From contig JBAZFK010000004.1 of NCBI GenBank assembly GCA_041653395.1, positions 5,307-69,306 on the forward strand: a stretch of DNA of 64,000 nucleotides, read 5' to 3'. A model generated the notes under the pieces. It had not been told where the DNA came from and did not search any database. It was given only the letters and a program-made list of their open reading frames with translations. This document shows, in pieces, positions 27,894 through 36,538 of this stretch (the stretch's first letter is position 1; every line of letters starts with the position of its first letter). The translations under genes were made by a program, and so were the position numbers. The stretch comes from Candidatus Nanoarchaeia archaeon (lineage in GTDB: Archaea; Nanobdellota; Nanobdellia; Tiddalikarchaeales; Tiddalikarchaeaceae).

Positions 27894-29518
27894 AAAAACA
27901 ATTATTTGCCCTACTTTTTTTGTTTTTTTTAGGGACCAGCTTCGGGGAACAGCATTGCATGCAGGATAGTTTCAACTCATCAATAATCATAACAAATGAT
28001 TATTTAGGAGTTGAATACTACAAAGTATCATATGCTGTTAGCCCAGGAGCAATATTATCCTTTAGTGAACCGCTAGGGGATGGATTTTTTTTAATGCCCG
28101 GCGAGCAAAAACTAATTAATTATAATATTTCATTGCCATTCAAAGGCAACTATTCATTATCCTTCACTATAGCTGATTCAAAAGCCAAGACTGAGATTAA
28201 AGCATTCAATTACGAAGTCTTTGACTGCCACAATGTTGATATTAAAATAATAAGCGAAAGCAACAATTATTGCTTAAGACAAATAATGCCTTACAAAGTA
28301 GCTGTAAACAATACCGGCAAATACGAAGAAAACCTAACATTAATGGTGAATAATGACCTTTTTAATTTCACACTTAGTCCAGGAGAATTAAAAGAATACA
28401 ACCTTGATTACTATTCAATGAGCCAGGAAGATAATCAAATAATGGTTACTGCAATAAATGAGTATTTAACAAAAACAGTCTATAAATCATTTATGTTAAG
28501 GAACTGCGACACAACAGCAGTTGTGCTAGAAAACTTAAAAGCATGCCCAGGACAGTCAGTGAACTCAAATATTACAATAAAAAACTTAGGCTTCAGCCAA
28601 GATGCTTACCAAATAATTAATTCAACAACTAATATATTAATAACTCCTCAAGTATTGACTCTTGAATCAAAAGAGCAGGCAATAATACCATTTACTTTAG
28701 TGCTTGGATGTGATGAAATAGGACTTAAAACAGGAGAGATAACTATCCAATCCCTTAATTCAGGATTAATAACCGCACAAATAACCTATGAAGCATTGAA
28801 CTGCTTTGACTTTAAAATAGAGGACAAAAACGTTTTTTTGGACTATTGTGAAAATGACAATAAGACTGTAAATTTTAATGTGGCAAATGCCGGATTAATA
28901 GCTGATTCATACAACGGATTATTAATCTATGGAAACAATCAGATTAATTTAGAGTTTTATTTAGAGCCAAAAGAATCAATAAATATTAATCTCAGCGAGT
29001 ATTTCAACTATACTAAGGATGCTAAAGCCGAACTAATAATCAAAAGCAACAATTACTGCGAAAGAACGAAAACAATAACACATAACTTCACTGTTCAAAA
29101 TTTCAGCAAATGCTACAGCGGAAACTTAGAAGTCCAAGATTATTTCATAGGATATTCAAGGCTGAAGGTTACAAACAACGGCTCAAGACAAAATGATTAT
29201 ACATTAACAGTTTTTAACTATTCACAAATAAGCAACATGAGCTTTTTATTAAACCCTGGGCAATCAAAAGAGTACCAGCTGAACAATTTAGGCAGCATTA
29301 TGAATGATTATGGCATCAGCGTTTTTTCAGTCAATCTTTTAGCAAACGGTGTTGACACCACAAGCCAAACAAAGTATTCTAACAGTATTACTGGGATGAT
29401 AGTCTTATCAGTTAAAGAATACTATTCTTATGCAGGCCTCATACTTTTAGCAATACTGGCATCTTTGTTTGTTAAGAACAATGTTTTAAAACAAAGAAAA
29501 TCTAATACTAAATTATGA
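27890..29518 (+). CDS. Secreted cell-surface protein with a C-terminal TM anchor (second surface protein in tandem)
   Basis: The signal peptide is MKKQLFALLFLFFLGTSFG. The C-terminal TM is YAGLILLAILASLFV followed by a KQRKS tail. Confidence 0.6.
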   Translation: MKKQLFALLFLFFLGTSFGEQHCMQDSFNSSIIITNDYLGVEYYKVSYAVSPGAILSFSEPLGDGFFLMPGEQKLINYNISLPFKGNYSLSFTIADSKAKTEIKAFNYEVFDCHNVDIKIISESNNYCLRQIMPYKVAVNNTGKYEENLTLMVNNDLFNFTLSPGELKEYNLDYYSMSQEDNQIMVTAINEYLTKTVYKSFMLRNCDTTAVVLENLKACPGQSVNSNITIKNLGFSQDAYQIINSTTNILITPQVLTLESKEQAIIPFTLVLGCDEIGLKTGEITIQSLNSGLITAQITYEALNCFDFKIEDKNVFLDYCENDNKTVNFNVANAGLIADSYNGLLIYGNNQINLEFYLEPKESININLSEYFNYTKDAKAELIIKSNNYCERTKTITHNFTVQNFSKCYSGNLEVQDYFIGYSRLKVTNNGSRQNDYTLTVFNYSQISNMSFLLNPGQSKEYQLNNLGSIMNDYGISVFSVNLLANGVDTTSQTKYSNSITGMIVLSVKEYYSYAGLILLAILASLFVKNNVLKQRKSNTKL

Positions 29519-29541
29519 ACACAGAGCTAATTAATGATTTA
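29482..29541 (+). repeat. 60-nt direct repeat copy 1 (58/60 identical to 31411-31470). Covers the end of the surface-protein gene plus the first 9 codons of an endA-like reading frame.
   Basis: TGTTTTAAAACAAAGAAAATCTAATACTAAATTATGAAC(A/G)CAGAG(C/T)TAATTAATGATTTA is present at both sites. Confidence 0.8.
29515..29541 (+). pseudogene. Duplicated 5' fragment of endA (MNTELINDL...). It diverges after 9 codons and is a remnant of the duplication.
   Basis: Same start context and first 9 codons as the intact endA at 31444. The downstream sequence is unrelated and overlaps an opposite-strand gene. Confidence 0.5.
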
Positions 29542-29586
29542 GAACTACATGCAAAGCCTGTATTTTTCAAATGGAAAAATAGAGAA

Positions 29587-30192
29587 TTAATAAGAATATA
29601 ACTGGGCAGGCCTGTGCTTTACCTTAGATTGTTTCTTACTACTCTTCCTGATAAGATTAGAACTAATTATTTTCTTCCTGAAATTCCTGTTATCATATTT
29701 TTCATCTTCAATTATTTCATAAATTTCCTGCAGCTTGTTCAGCGGGAACTCTTTAGGCATGTAGGATTTTACAAAATAATCGCTATTTTCCTTCAAATAC
29801 TTCCTTGCACTTTCAAGTATTTTTTTATGGTCAAAAGCCAATTCTTTCAATTTTGATACTTCAAACAAATTATCTGAATCTTTGAGATTAATCAAACCAA
29901 CATATGCTATTGAAATCACCCTTTCCCTTGGGTCCCTTTCAAATTTAGTAAATGTGTGGAACTGCTTCAAATAAAAATTCTTGCCAAATATGCTGTTAAT
30001 CTTAATATTAAGCCTGTTCCTTGCGGTTTCCAATTGTCTAAGAAGGCTTCCTGGAAGCTCAAGCATTCCCTTATATGGCTCCTTTTCTCTAACAGCGAGA
30101 AAAACAAAAAGCCTGCCATTTTTGATTGTGAATATTACAGGATCAACGCCTATTCTGGAAAACTCGTACATAAAGTGATTAAAAACGATCAT
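29587..30192 (-). CDS. NrtR-like Nudix-related regulator (degenerate Nudix fold plus C-terminal wHTH-like region). Low-confidence family call.
   Basis: PVIFTIKNGRLFVFLAVREKEPYKGMLELPGS resembles the NrtR/Nudix beta-strand plus LPGG region. The Nudix box is degenerate. An AFDH motif and a basic C-terminal tail are present. Confidence 0.4.
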   Translation of the reverse strand: MIVFNHFMYEFSRIGVDPVIFTIKNGRLFVFLAVREKEPYKGMLELPGSLLRQLETARNRLNIKINSIFGKNFYLKQFHTFTKFERDPRERVISIAYVGLINLKDSDNLFEVSKLKELAFDHKKILESARKYLKENSDYFVKSYMPKEFPLNKLQEIYEIIEDEKYDNRNFRKKIISSNLIRKSSKKQSKVKHRPAQLYSY

Positions 30193-30207
30193 GATTTAAA
30201 TAAATTG

Positions 30208-30277
30208 CGTAAATATTACGCTAACAAAAAGATTTATAAACACGAAAATATCTTACTTAACGTAAGTAATACGCTAA
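30208..30277. promoter_or_regulatory. Two direct copies of a 17-nt imperfect-palindrome element (CGTAA-N-TTACGCTAA) in the divergent promoter region between the NrtR-like gene and the HD-domain gene
   Basis: Copy 1 is cgtaaatattacgctaa at 30208-30224. Copy 2 is cgtaagtaatacgctaa at 30261-30277 (15/17 identical). Copy 2 also lies inside a perfect 7-bp inverted repeat, TTACTTA-acg-TAAGTAA, at 30253-30269. An SD-like GGAGGTGA precedes the ATG at 30292. Confidence 0.4.
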
Positions 30278-30291
30278 AATGAGGTGATAAA

Positions 30292-31293
30292 ATGAACGGA
30301 ATAACTGAAAAACTTGAAGAGATGCTGCCAATAATAGGTGCTAGAATAGCAAAAAATAACAAGTACTTAAGTGAAGAAGAAAAGAAAGAATTCTTAGAAA
30401 ACCTTGACTCTCCTGAACAGCATAGCCCTAAATGGCATGAGTGGGGTATAATAACGCACACGAAAAAATTCAGGGAAATGTACGACAATGAAGTACAAAA
30501 ATACCTTAAAGACTGGGACGTAAAAAACTACACTGATAAGTGGTTGAATGAAGAAATAGACGGAAAGAAAAAGAGCGAATTGTTAAGAATCTCAATACCA
30601 CTTCATGACTTGGGAAAATTCAACAAACAAGTAATATACAAAGATGGTAAGAAAAGCTACGAGTTTGAAGGCCATGAAAAAGAGTCTGAAAGAATAATAA
30701 AAGAAGATTTCGTTAAAGAAGAACTGCAAAAACTAGGATTAACAGAAAATCAAATAAAATATGTAGCAGAATGCGCAGGAAACCATTATGCTCTTGGAAT
30801 AATAAGAAAAAAAGCAAAAGAAACATCATTAGAATACACAATAGAGTTTGCAAAAAGCGAAGAGTTCAAGGAAATAGCTGAAAGAAGCATTGAAAAGGAC
30901 TTAGAATACAAAGACCAAGACATAAAATACAGAGTAGGCTACGCAAGTAATCCAGTAGAAGCAGCAATAAAATATTCAAAGGATGACAAGTTCAGAATTG
31001 AAAAAGGATTATTGTTCCTGGCAGATTCTCTGGCAAAAACAGAACTCAGAATGACTGCAGTATACAATGATGCTGATATTAAAGTTAAATCAAAACCAAT
31101 AGAAAAAATTATTGAAGAAAAAGGAATGAACAAAAGCTTGATAAATGCAGTAGAGCAAATGCCAGTAAACACTGCAGTAGCAAAATGGTACTTGAGAAAC
31201 TTAAGCAGGGCAGAAAATAAAAGAAGAGAAAGACTTGACAGAGAAAGAAGAGAATGGCATGAAGATGATGAGAAGAATGACGGGTGGGGCTAA
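30292..31293 (+). CDS. HD-domain metal-dependent phosphohydrolase with a highly charged C-terminal tail
   Basis: An H...H pair (WHEWGIITHTKK), HD (PLHDLGK) and downstream His residues (FEGHEKE, AGNHYALG) match the HD superfamily motif order. Confidence 0.6.
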   Translation: MNGITEKLEEMLPIIGARIAKNNKYLSEEEKKEFLENLDSPEQHSPKWHEWGIITHTKKFREMYDNEVQKYLKDWDVKNYTDKWLNEEIDGKKKSELLRISIPLHDLGKFNKQVIYKDGKKSYEFEGHEKESERIIKEDFVKEELQKLGLTENQIKYVAECAGNHYALGIIRKKAKETSLEYTIEFAKSEEFKEIAERSIEKDLEYKDQDIKYRVGYASNPVEAAIKYSKDDKFRIEKGLLFLADSLAKTELRMTAVYNDADIKVKSKPIEKIIEEKGMNKSLINAVEQMPVNTAVAKWYLRNLSRAENKRRERLDRERREWHEDDEKNDGWG

Positions 31294-31410
31294 AGGATGA
31301 AAATGCCGGCTCCAATAAAACCTTTTTCCTTTTTTCCTTTTTATTATTTTCTTCTTCGCACTAATGAGAACTAATTAAATCACATCATAGATAATATCAA
31401 AAAAGCTAAA

Positions 31411-31470
31411 TGTTTTAAAACAAAGAAAATCTAATACTAAATTATGAACGCAGAGTTAATTAATGATTTA
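31411..31470 (+). repeat. 60-nt direct repeat copy 2 (partner of 29482-29541). Spans the 33 nt upstream of, and the first 27 nt of, the intact endA.
   Basis: See copy 1. The two copies bracket a 1.87 kb two-gene cassette. Confidence 0.8.
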
Positions 31471-31959
31471 ATAATAATCACTGATGAAAGAACAGCCAAT
31501 TCTTTGCACTCAAAAGGCTTTATTGGAACGCTTATCAAAGGAAAGCTTGAGCTTTCAGGCATAGAAGCGCTTTATTTATTGTCTAAAGAGAAAATAATCC
31601 TGCATAAATCAGGCAAAGAATTAAGCGAAAAAGATTTAATGAATTATTTTTCTAAAAAAGACAAAAGATTCATGATAAAATACAAGGTTTTCTCGGACTT
31701 AAGGAATAACGGCTTCATCGTAAAGACTGCTCTAAAATACGGCTTTGATTTCAGAGTCTATGACAAAGGCGTTGCACCAGGAGAGGATCACGCGATATGG
31801 CTGATTTATTGCATAAGCCAAAATGACTCATTAAAAATTGGTGACTACTCTAAGCTAATAAGGGTTTGCCACAGCGTGAAAAAAAAAATGCTTCTCGGAA
31901 TAGTTGACGATGAATCTGATGTGACTTACTGGGAATCTGCTTGGATTAAGATGAAATAA
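31444..31959 (+). CDS. endA: tRNA-splicing endonuclease EndA (short homotetramer-type subunit)
   Basis: 171 aa. ...YKVFSDLRNNGFIVKTALKYGFDFRVYDKG...HAIWLIYC matches the EndA catalytic domain, consistent with conserved Tyr/His/Lys. Confidence 0.8.
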   Translation: MNAELINDLIIITDERTANSLHSKGFIGTLIKGKLELSGIEALYLLSKEKIILHKSGKELSEKDLMNYFSKKDKRFMIKYKVFSDLRNNGFIVKTALKYGFDFRVYDKGVAPGEDHAIWLIYCISQNDSLKIGDYSKLIRVCHSVKKKMLLGIVDDESDVTYWESAWIKMK

Positions 31960-31961
31960 CT

Positions 31962-32702
31962 TCATTCAAGCCTGCTTCTCAACAAAGCTATCTCTTTTGA
32001 AATAACGAATCCTGAACTGCTAATATGTTCTTTAAAAAGCTCCTCTTCATTTCTTAAATCAATCTCAATAACTACAGGCTTATTTATAATCTTAATTACT
32101 TTAATAATTTCCTCAAACCTTTCAAAAACTGAGGAGTAGCAGTCATGGTTAAAGCATGGATTATAGCTGCTGTAATGAATCTCAGCAATACTTTTCTTTA
32201 TATCTGGGTGCAGGAATCTCATAAGTTCATTTCTTGCATGCTCAACATCAAGAGTTAAACCAATGCCTAAATCAAGGCATTTTTTTAGGCCTTTAAAGTA
32301 ATCCTTTTCAGTTTTTAATATATAAGTGTTTTCAATGGAAAAATTATATCCCTTCATTTGCTTTATAAGATACTCAATTGATTCAATATTTTCTTTATGA
32401 AATGTGACATTTATAACCCCTAAGCTGTCATAATCCTTTTTAATCTTTCCGAGAATATCATTGCTTTCAGTGCACTCTCTGTAAACAACACCTTTTGAGG
32501 CAGCATGCATAGAGATAATTTTTTTAGCTGAATAATTAATCAGCTCTTCAGACACTTTAAACTCCATGCACTCACTCTTTGACAGCAAAGAAATTTCAAG
32601 CCCATCAATAATGTGGCTTGGTTTTATAGCGCGCAATACTGCCCCATTAATATTATCATATTTATTATGATAGCATGCAGTGCTTAATAATATAGGGATC
32701 AT
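31962..32702 (-). CDS. Putative TIM-barrel sugar-phosphate isomerase/epimerase or AP-endonuclease-2-like protein. Weak family call.
   Basis: A GIGLTLDVEHARNE-type loop resembles metal-binding motifs of the xylose-isomerase-like TIM barrel family. Otherwise there is no strong motif. Confidence 0.3.
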   Translation of the reverse strand: MIPILLSTACYHNKYDNINGAVLRAIKPSHIIDGLEISLLSKSECMEFKVSEELINYSAKKIISMHAASKGVVYRECTESNDILGKIKKDYDSLGVINVTFHKENIESIEYLIKQMKGYNFSIENTYILKTEKDYFKGLKKCLDLGIGLTLDVEHARNELMRFLHPDIKKSIAEIHYSSYNPCFNHDCYSSVFERFEEIIKVIKIINKPVVIEIDLRNEEELFKEHISSSGFVISKEIALLRSRLE

Positions 32703-32727
32703 TGAGTTATTAGATAATTATTATATC

Positions 32728-33645
32728 TTATAAATCAATCGCATTAATTCCTTCAATCCTTAAGAATTTGGAAAACTCTTTGGAGTAACCGTGGTGCACA
32801 TAAACATTTTCTGCTTTGCTTTTTTTGACTGTTGAGAGCAATTCTTTGAAGTCAGCATGGTCGCTTAAAGTAAAACCTTCATCAGCTCCGAATCGTCTCT
32901 TATAATAAGGATTCAGATTCCATCCGCTGAAAACTGCGAACTTTAAGCCCCTTGTTTTTTTGAATTTATTAAAATATTCATCTTTTGAACTAAGCGAAGG
33001 AGAAAACAACAAGTCAGGATTAAGCTTGCAATTATTGCCATTGCATAAACCGAAATCATTCAAAGTTTTTTCATACTTGGCAATTTCAGGATGAAGGATG
33101 CTGGAATAATCATTGAAATAATGCATGATTTCCTGCATTTTTCCCAAAGGATAACCCATTAAGACAGTCAAATAATTCTTTTTAATATTATCTTCAATGA
33201 AATCATTGGCTCTTTTAACCTCTAATGAAGCTTTTGGAAAGATGAATTCAGGCTTTCCGAAAGTTGATTCAATAATTAAGCTGCTGCACTCTTTCACTTT
33301 TAATCCCTTCATAAAAGCCCTTGAATTAGTGGAAAAATCTCCAGTGAATAATGCTGACTCATCATCTTCATTAAGGAATAAAGATTTTGAGCCAATCATG
33401 TGCCCAGAATTCAGCAGAGAAATATTGCTTGGAACATCATTCAACCTACTATATTTAAATCCCCTTATTTTTGCCAATTCAAAAGTTTCATCACTAGTGA
33501 TTACTTTCTTATTAGTCTTAAACAAATGGTCCATGTGGCTATGGGATAAGAAGTTAAAATCAGAATCCTGAGCATTGCAATCAAGGGAGATGATGTAATC
33601 ATTAGTCTTTATCTTAAAAAAGCCTTTATGCTTAATTATCTGCAT
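32728..33645 (-). CDS. Metallo-beta-lactamase-fold nuclease with a beta-CASP-like C-terminal motif (RNA-metabolising nuclease family)
   Basis: SHSHMDH is the HxHxDH zinc motif. The C-terminal LSDHADFKEL...VHHGY resembles beta-CASP motifs B/C (SxHAD ... H). Confidence 0.6.
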   Translation of the reverse strand: MQIIKHKGFFKIKTNDYIISLDCNAQDSDFNFLSHSHMDHLFKTNKKVITSDETFELAKIRGFKYSRLNDVPSNISLLNSGHMIGSKSLFLNEDDESALFTGDFSTNSRAFMKGLKVKECSSLIIESTFGKPEFIFPKASLEVKRANDFIEDNIKKNYLTVLMGYPLGKMQEIMHYFNDYSSILHPEIAKYEKTLNDFGLCNGNNCKLNPDLLFSPSLSSKDEYFNKFKKTRGLKFAVFSGWNLNPYYKRRFGADEGFTLSDHADFKELLSTVKKSKAENVYVHHGYSKEFSKFLRIEGINAIDL

Positions 33646-33682
33646 CTTAAACTATATTAATCAGTGCTTTTTAATAATTACT

Positions 33683-33746
33683 GGATAAAATGATGAATAA
33701 CAGGCGGGCTGAGAGCATGATGAGTACTCGTTCTTTCTGATTATCC
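33683..33746 (+). ncRNA. Box C/D sRNA (2'-O-methylation guide) with canonical C, D', C', D boxes and a terminal stem
   Basis: The terminal stem is GGATAA at 33683-88 pairing with TTATCC at 33741-46. Box C AUGAUGA is at 33690-96, followed by a 12-nt guide. Box D' CUGA is at 33709-12, then a 4-nt spacer. Box C' AUGAUGA is at 33717-23, followed by a 13-nt guide. Box D CUGA is at 33737-40. The spacing is typical of archaeal sRNAs. Confidence 0.8.
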
Positions 33747-33794
33747 TATTAATTTCAAAAACTTATTAAAAACCCGCCATTAAAAGAATAAATA

Positions 33795-35555
33795 ATGAAA
33801 CGATTGCTATTATGCTTATTTTTAATATCATCCTGCTTTGCATCCTGCTTTGCAGGAGAAATGACTGTGCTTGGAGTTCAGGAGAGAGGGGATGAATATA
33901 TAGGCTTGTTTGCAACACTAAACTTAGAGATAATTAGCGGCTCTGGAAGAGTGTTTTTTAACACTATGCCTTTGGCTGAAACAGACACCCAATCAAGCGC
34001 CAGAATGGCAGTTGATGTTGCATGCCAAACCCTTGAAATTAATTGCAATGACAAAGATTTTTTATACTCAATAAGCGCGAATTCTCCAATGATTGGAGGG
34101 CCCAGCGCTGGAGCTGCAATGTCAATACTGGCAATGTCTGAGCTAATGGGCGCTGATTTAAGAACAGATGCTGCAATTACTGGAACAATCAATCCTGATA
34201 AAAGCATTGGAGTTGTAGGAGGGGTGGTTGAGAAAGCTAAGATTTGCCAAGAGTCAGGGTTAAAGACGATTCTCATCCCAAAAGGCACCAAATACTTGTT
34301 TGAGAATGAATCATTAAGCATTGACATAATAGAGGTTGAAACAATAAACCAAGCTTATGCTTTTTTTAGCGGAATAATTTTCAGCGAGCCAAGCAGCGAA
34401 CTAAACAAGTCAAAATTTAATGATTTCATGAAAATAATGAGCGAAAACTTAATTGACTATGCTAACTCAAGCTTTAATCAGCTTATTAATACCAATATTT
34501 CAAAACTTAATAATACTGATTCATTGTCAATTGAATCCTTGATTAATTCAACAAGCAAAGACATTGAAACAATGAATGAATTATATTTGCAAGAAAATTA
34601 TTACAGTGCCTCAAGTTATTCAGTAAGAGTTGGAATCAACTCAATCTATACCACTTACTTGATTGATTATCTTTTAAACCTTAGTGACTTGCCAAAAATG
34701 ATTATTGAGCTTAACACTTCAATAAACGTTTTTGAAAACAATTTTGGAAACAAATTAATAATAGATAATGCCAATGACTTTGAAGCAATAAGCATTTCAA
34801 TAGAGAGAATGTTTGAGGCAAAAGATTTGCTGAATTCATCAATTGATAATCTCCTAAATAATGACTCAATAAGTGCATTGTATAATCTGGCATTTGCCAA
34901 AGTAAGGCTAAAAACAAGCGAGTCATGGTTCGGCTTAAAAGACTTGTTAACAGGTGATTTATACTATGAATTCAACCAGGATGATTTCTCAGAACTTGCA
35001 TACACTAGGATTGAAAATGCCAAAACATTGCTCAACTATGCCAAGTCAATGCAGGAATCTTATTACACTGAAGCCTCAAATGATTTGATTGACAGAAGTG
35101 TTCAAGCTTACAATAATGGCAACATAGTCTTTTCTTTGTTTGAAAGCCTTAAATCAATCTCTAACTCTAACCTAGCTCTTTCTTTGGCAGGAGTTACTGA
35201 CGAAAACCTTGATGAAAGAATAACAATATTAATGGATTTGGCTGCAAAGAACATTAACATGGCGGAATCAAAAAAAATCATACCAATACTTGCATACTCT
35301 TATTATGAATATGGCCAAACATTCAAGGAGTCAGAGCCTTTGCAGGCAATAATCTTCTTCGAATACTCTAAGCAATTCTCTTTATTAAGCGAGCAATTGG
35401 CAAGCCAAGCAATAAGCAAAGAAAACAATGAAACAATCAATGATTATACTTTCATGCTGCCAAAATTGACAATCAGCTTTTTAATAGGTTTATTAATTGC
35501 ATTATTAGTCCTAGAGGTTTATTATGAGAGAGCATTATTTAATAAAAGACAGTGA
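33795..35555 (+). CDS. Secreted or membrane-anchored Lon-like S16 serine peptidase domain protein. It has no AAA+ module and carries an N-terminal signal peptide and a C-terminal TM anchor.
   Basis: The signal peptide is MKRLLLCLFLISSCFASCFA. The Lon catalytic Ser motif is GGPSAGAAM. The Lys region VVEKAKICQESGLKTILIPKG parallels Lon KEKLLAAHRGGIKTVLIP. There is a C-terminal TM helix. Confidence 0.65.
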   Translation: MKRLLLCLFLISSCFASCFAGEMTVLGVQERGDEYIGLFATLNLEIISGSGRVFFNTMPLAETDTQSSARMAVDVACQTLEINCNDKDFLYSISANSPMIGGPSAGAAMSILAMSELMGADLRTDAAITGTINPDKSIGVVGGVVEKAKICQESGLKTILIPKGTKYLFENESLSIDIIEVETINQAYAFFSGIIFSEPSSELNKSKFNDFMKIMSENLIDYANSSFNQLINTNISKLNNTDSLSIESLINSTSKDIETMNELYLQENYYSASSYSVRVGINSIYTTYLIDYLLNLSDLPKMIIELNTSINVFENNFGNKLIIDNANDFEAISISIERMFEAKDLLNSSIDNLLNNDSISALYNLAFAKVRLKTSESWFGLKDLLTGDLYYEFNQDDFSELAYTRIENAKTLLNYAKSMQESYYTEASNDLIDRSVQAYNNGNIVFSLFESLKSISNSNLALSLAGVTDENLDERITILMDLAAKNINMAESKKIIPILAYSYYEYGQTFKESEPLQAIIFFEYSKQFSLLSEQLASQAISKENNETINDYTFMLPKLTISFLIGLLIALLVLEVYYERALFNKRQ

Positions 35556-36501
35556 CAACATTCCTTTAATAGGAGCTCACCTTTTCGGAATAATAGACAG
35601 AGGCACCAATGTTCTGCAAATCAGAAGCATCACTGGCTGCCCATTAAAATGCATTTATTGCAGTGTAGATGAGGGAGAAGGCTCAAAAAAAAGAAACACT
35701 TATCAGGTTGAGAATAATTATTTATTAAAAGAGATAAATGAAATAATAAAAATTAAAGGAATAGATGATACTGAAGCCCATATTGATGGAGTTGGGGAGC
35801 CATTGCTTAACAAGGATATTGTGAATCTTGTGAAAGGATTAAGGAAAAATAAGAATATAAAAATTATCAGCATGCAAACCAATGGAATATTATTGACTGA
35901 AAAATTGCTTGATGAATTAGAGAATGCAGGGCTTGATAGGATTAATTTAAGCATTAACTCCCTTAATCCTGAAACTGCAAAAAAGCTGAGCGGAATACCA
36001 GGCTATGATATTAACAGGATAAAATTATTGGCCCAAAATATTTCAAAATCGAAAATTAAACTATTAATAGCTCCAGTAATAGTTCCAGGATTCAATGAAA
36101 ACATTGATGACCTAATCATTTTTGCAAAATCAATTAATGCAAGGCTTGGAATACAAAAATACGAACATTACAAGCATGGAAGAAAGCTTAAAGCGAAAGA
36201 ATGGAGCTGGTACAAGTTTTACAACTACTTAAAAGAGTTAGAAAAAAAGCATGAAACAAAACTAATACTCAAAAAAGAGGAGTTCGGAATCCATAAAACT
36301 AATTCGCTGCCAATAGTTTTTAGAAAAAATGAAACCGTGAAAGGAAAAGTGGTCTTGCCAGGATGGCTAAGCAATGAAGCAATAATCTCTGCAAAAAACA
36401 GAATAATCACTGTTTTTGATTGCAATGCAAAAATAAATGATTTAGTAAAGGCAAAAATAGTCAAAACTAAGCATAATTTATACTTAGCGAAGCGCGCTTA
36501 G
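35524..36501 (+). CDS. Radical SAM domain protein with a C-terminal TRAM-like beta-barrel. Its start overlaps the Lon-like gene by 32 nt.
   Basis: The CxxxCxxC cluster is GCPLKCIYC. Glycine-rich SAM motif GVGEPLL. The C-terminal KGKVVLPGW...VKAKIVK looks TRAM-like. Confidence 0.65.
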   Translation: MREHYLIKDSDNIPLIGAHLFGIIDRGTNVLQIRSITGCPLKCIYCSVDEGEGSKKRNTYQVENNYLLKEINEIIKIKGIDDTEAHIDGVGEPLLNKDIVNLVKGLRKNKNIKIISMQTNGILLTEKLLDELENAGLDRINLSINSLNPETAKKLSGIPGYDINRIKLLAQNISKSKIKLLIAPVIVPGFNENIDDLIIFAKSINARLGIQKYEHYKHGRKLKAKEWSWYKFYNYLKELEKKHETKLILKKEEFGIHKTNSLPIVFRKNETVKGKVVLPGWLSNEAIISAKNRIITVFDCNAKINDLVKAKIVKTKHNLYLAKRA

Positions 36502-36538
36502 AATTAATTTTTTAAATCCTCCATGATGCTTAATATTC

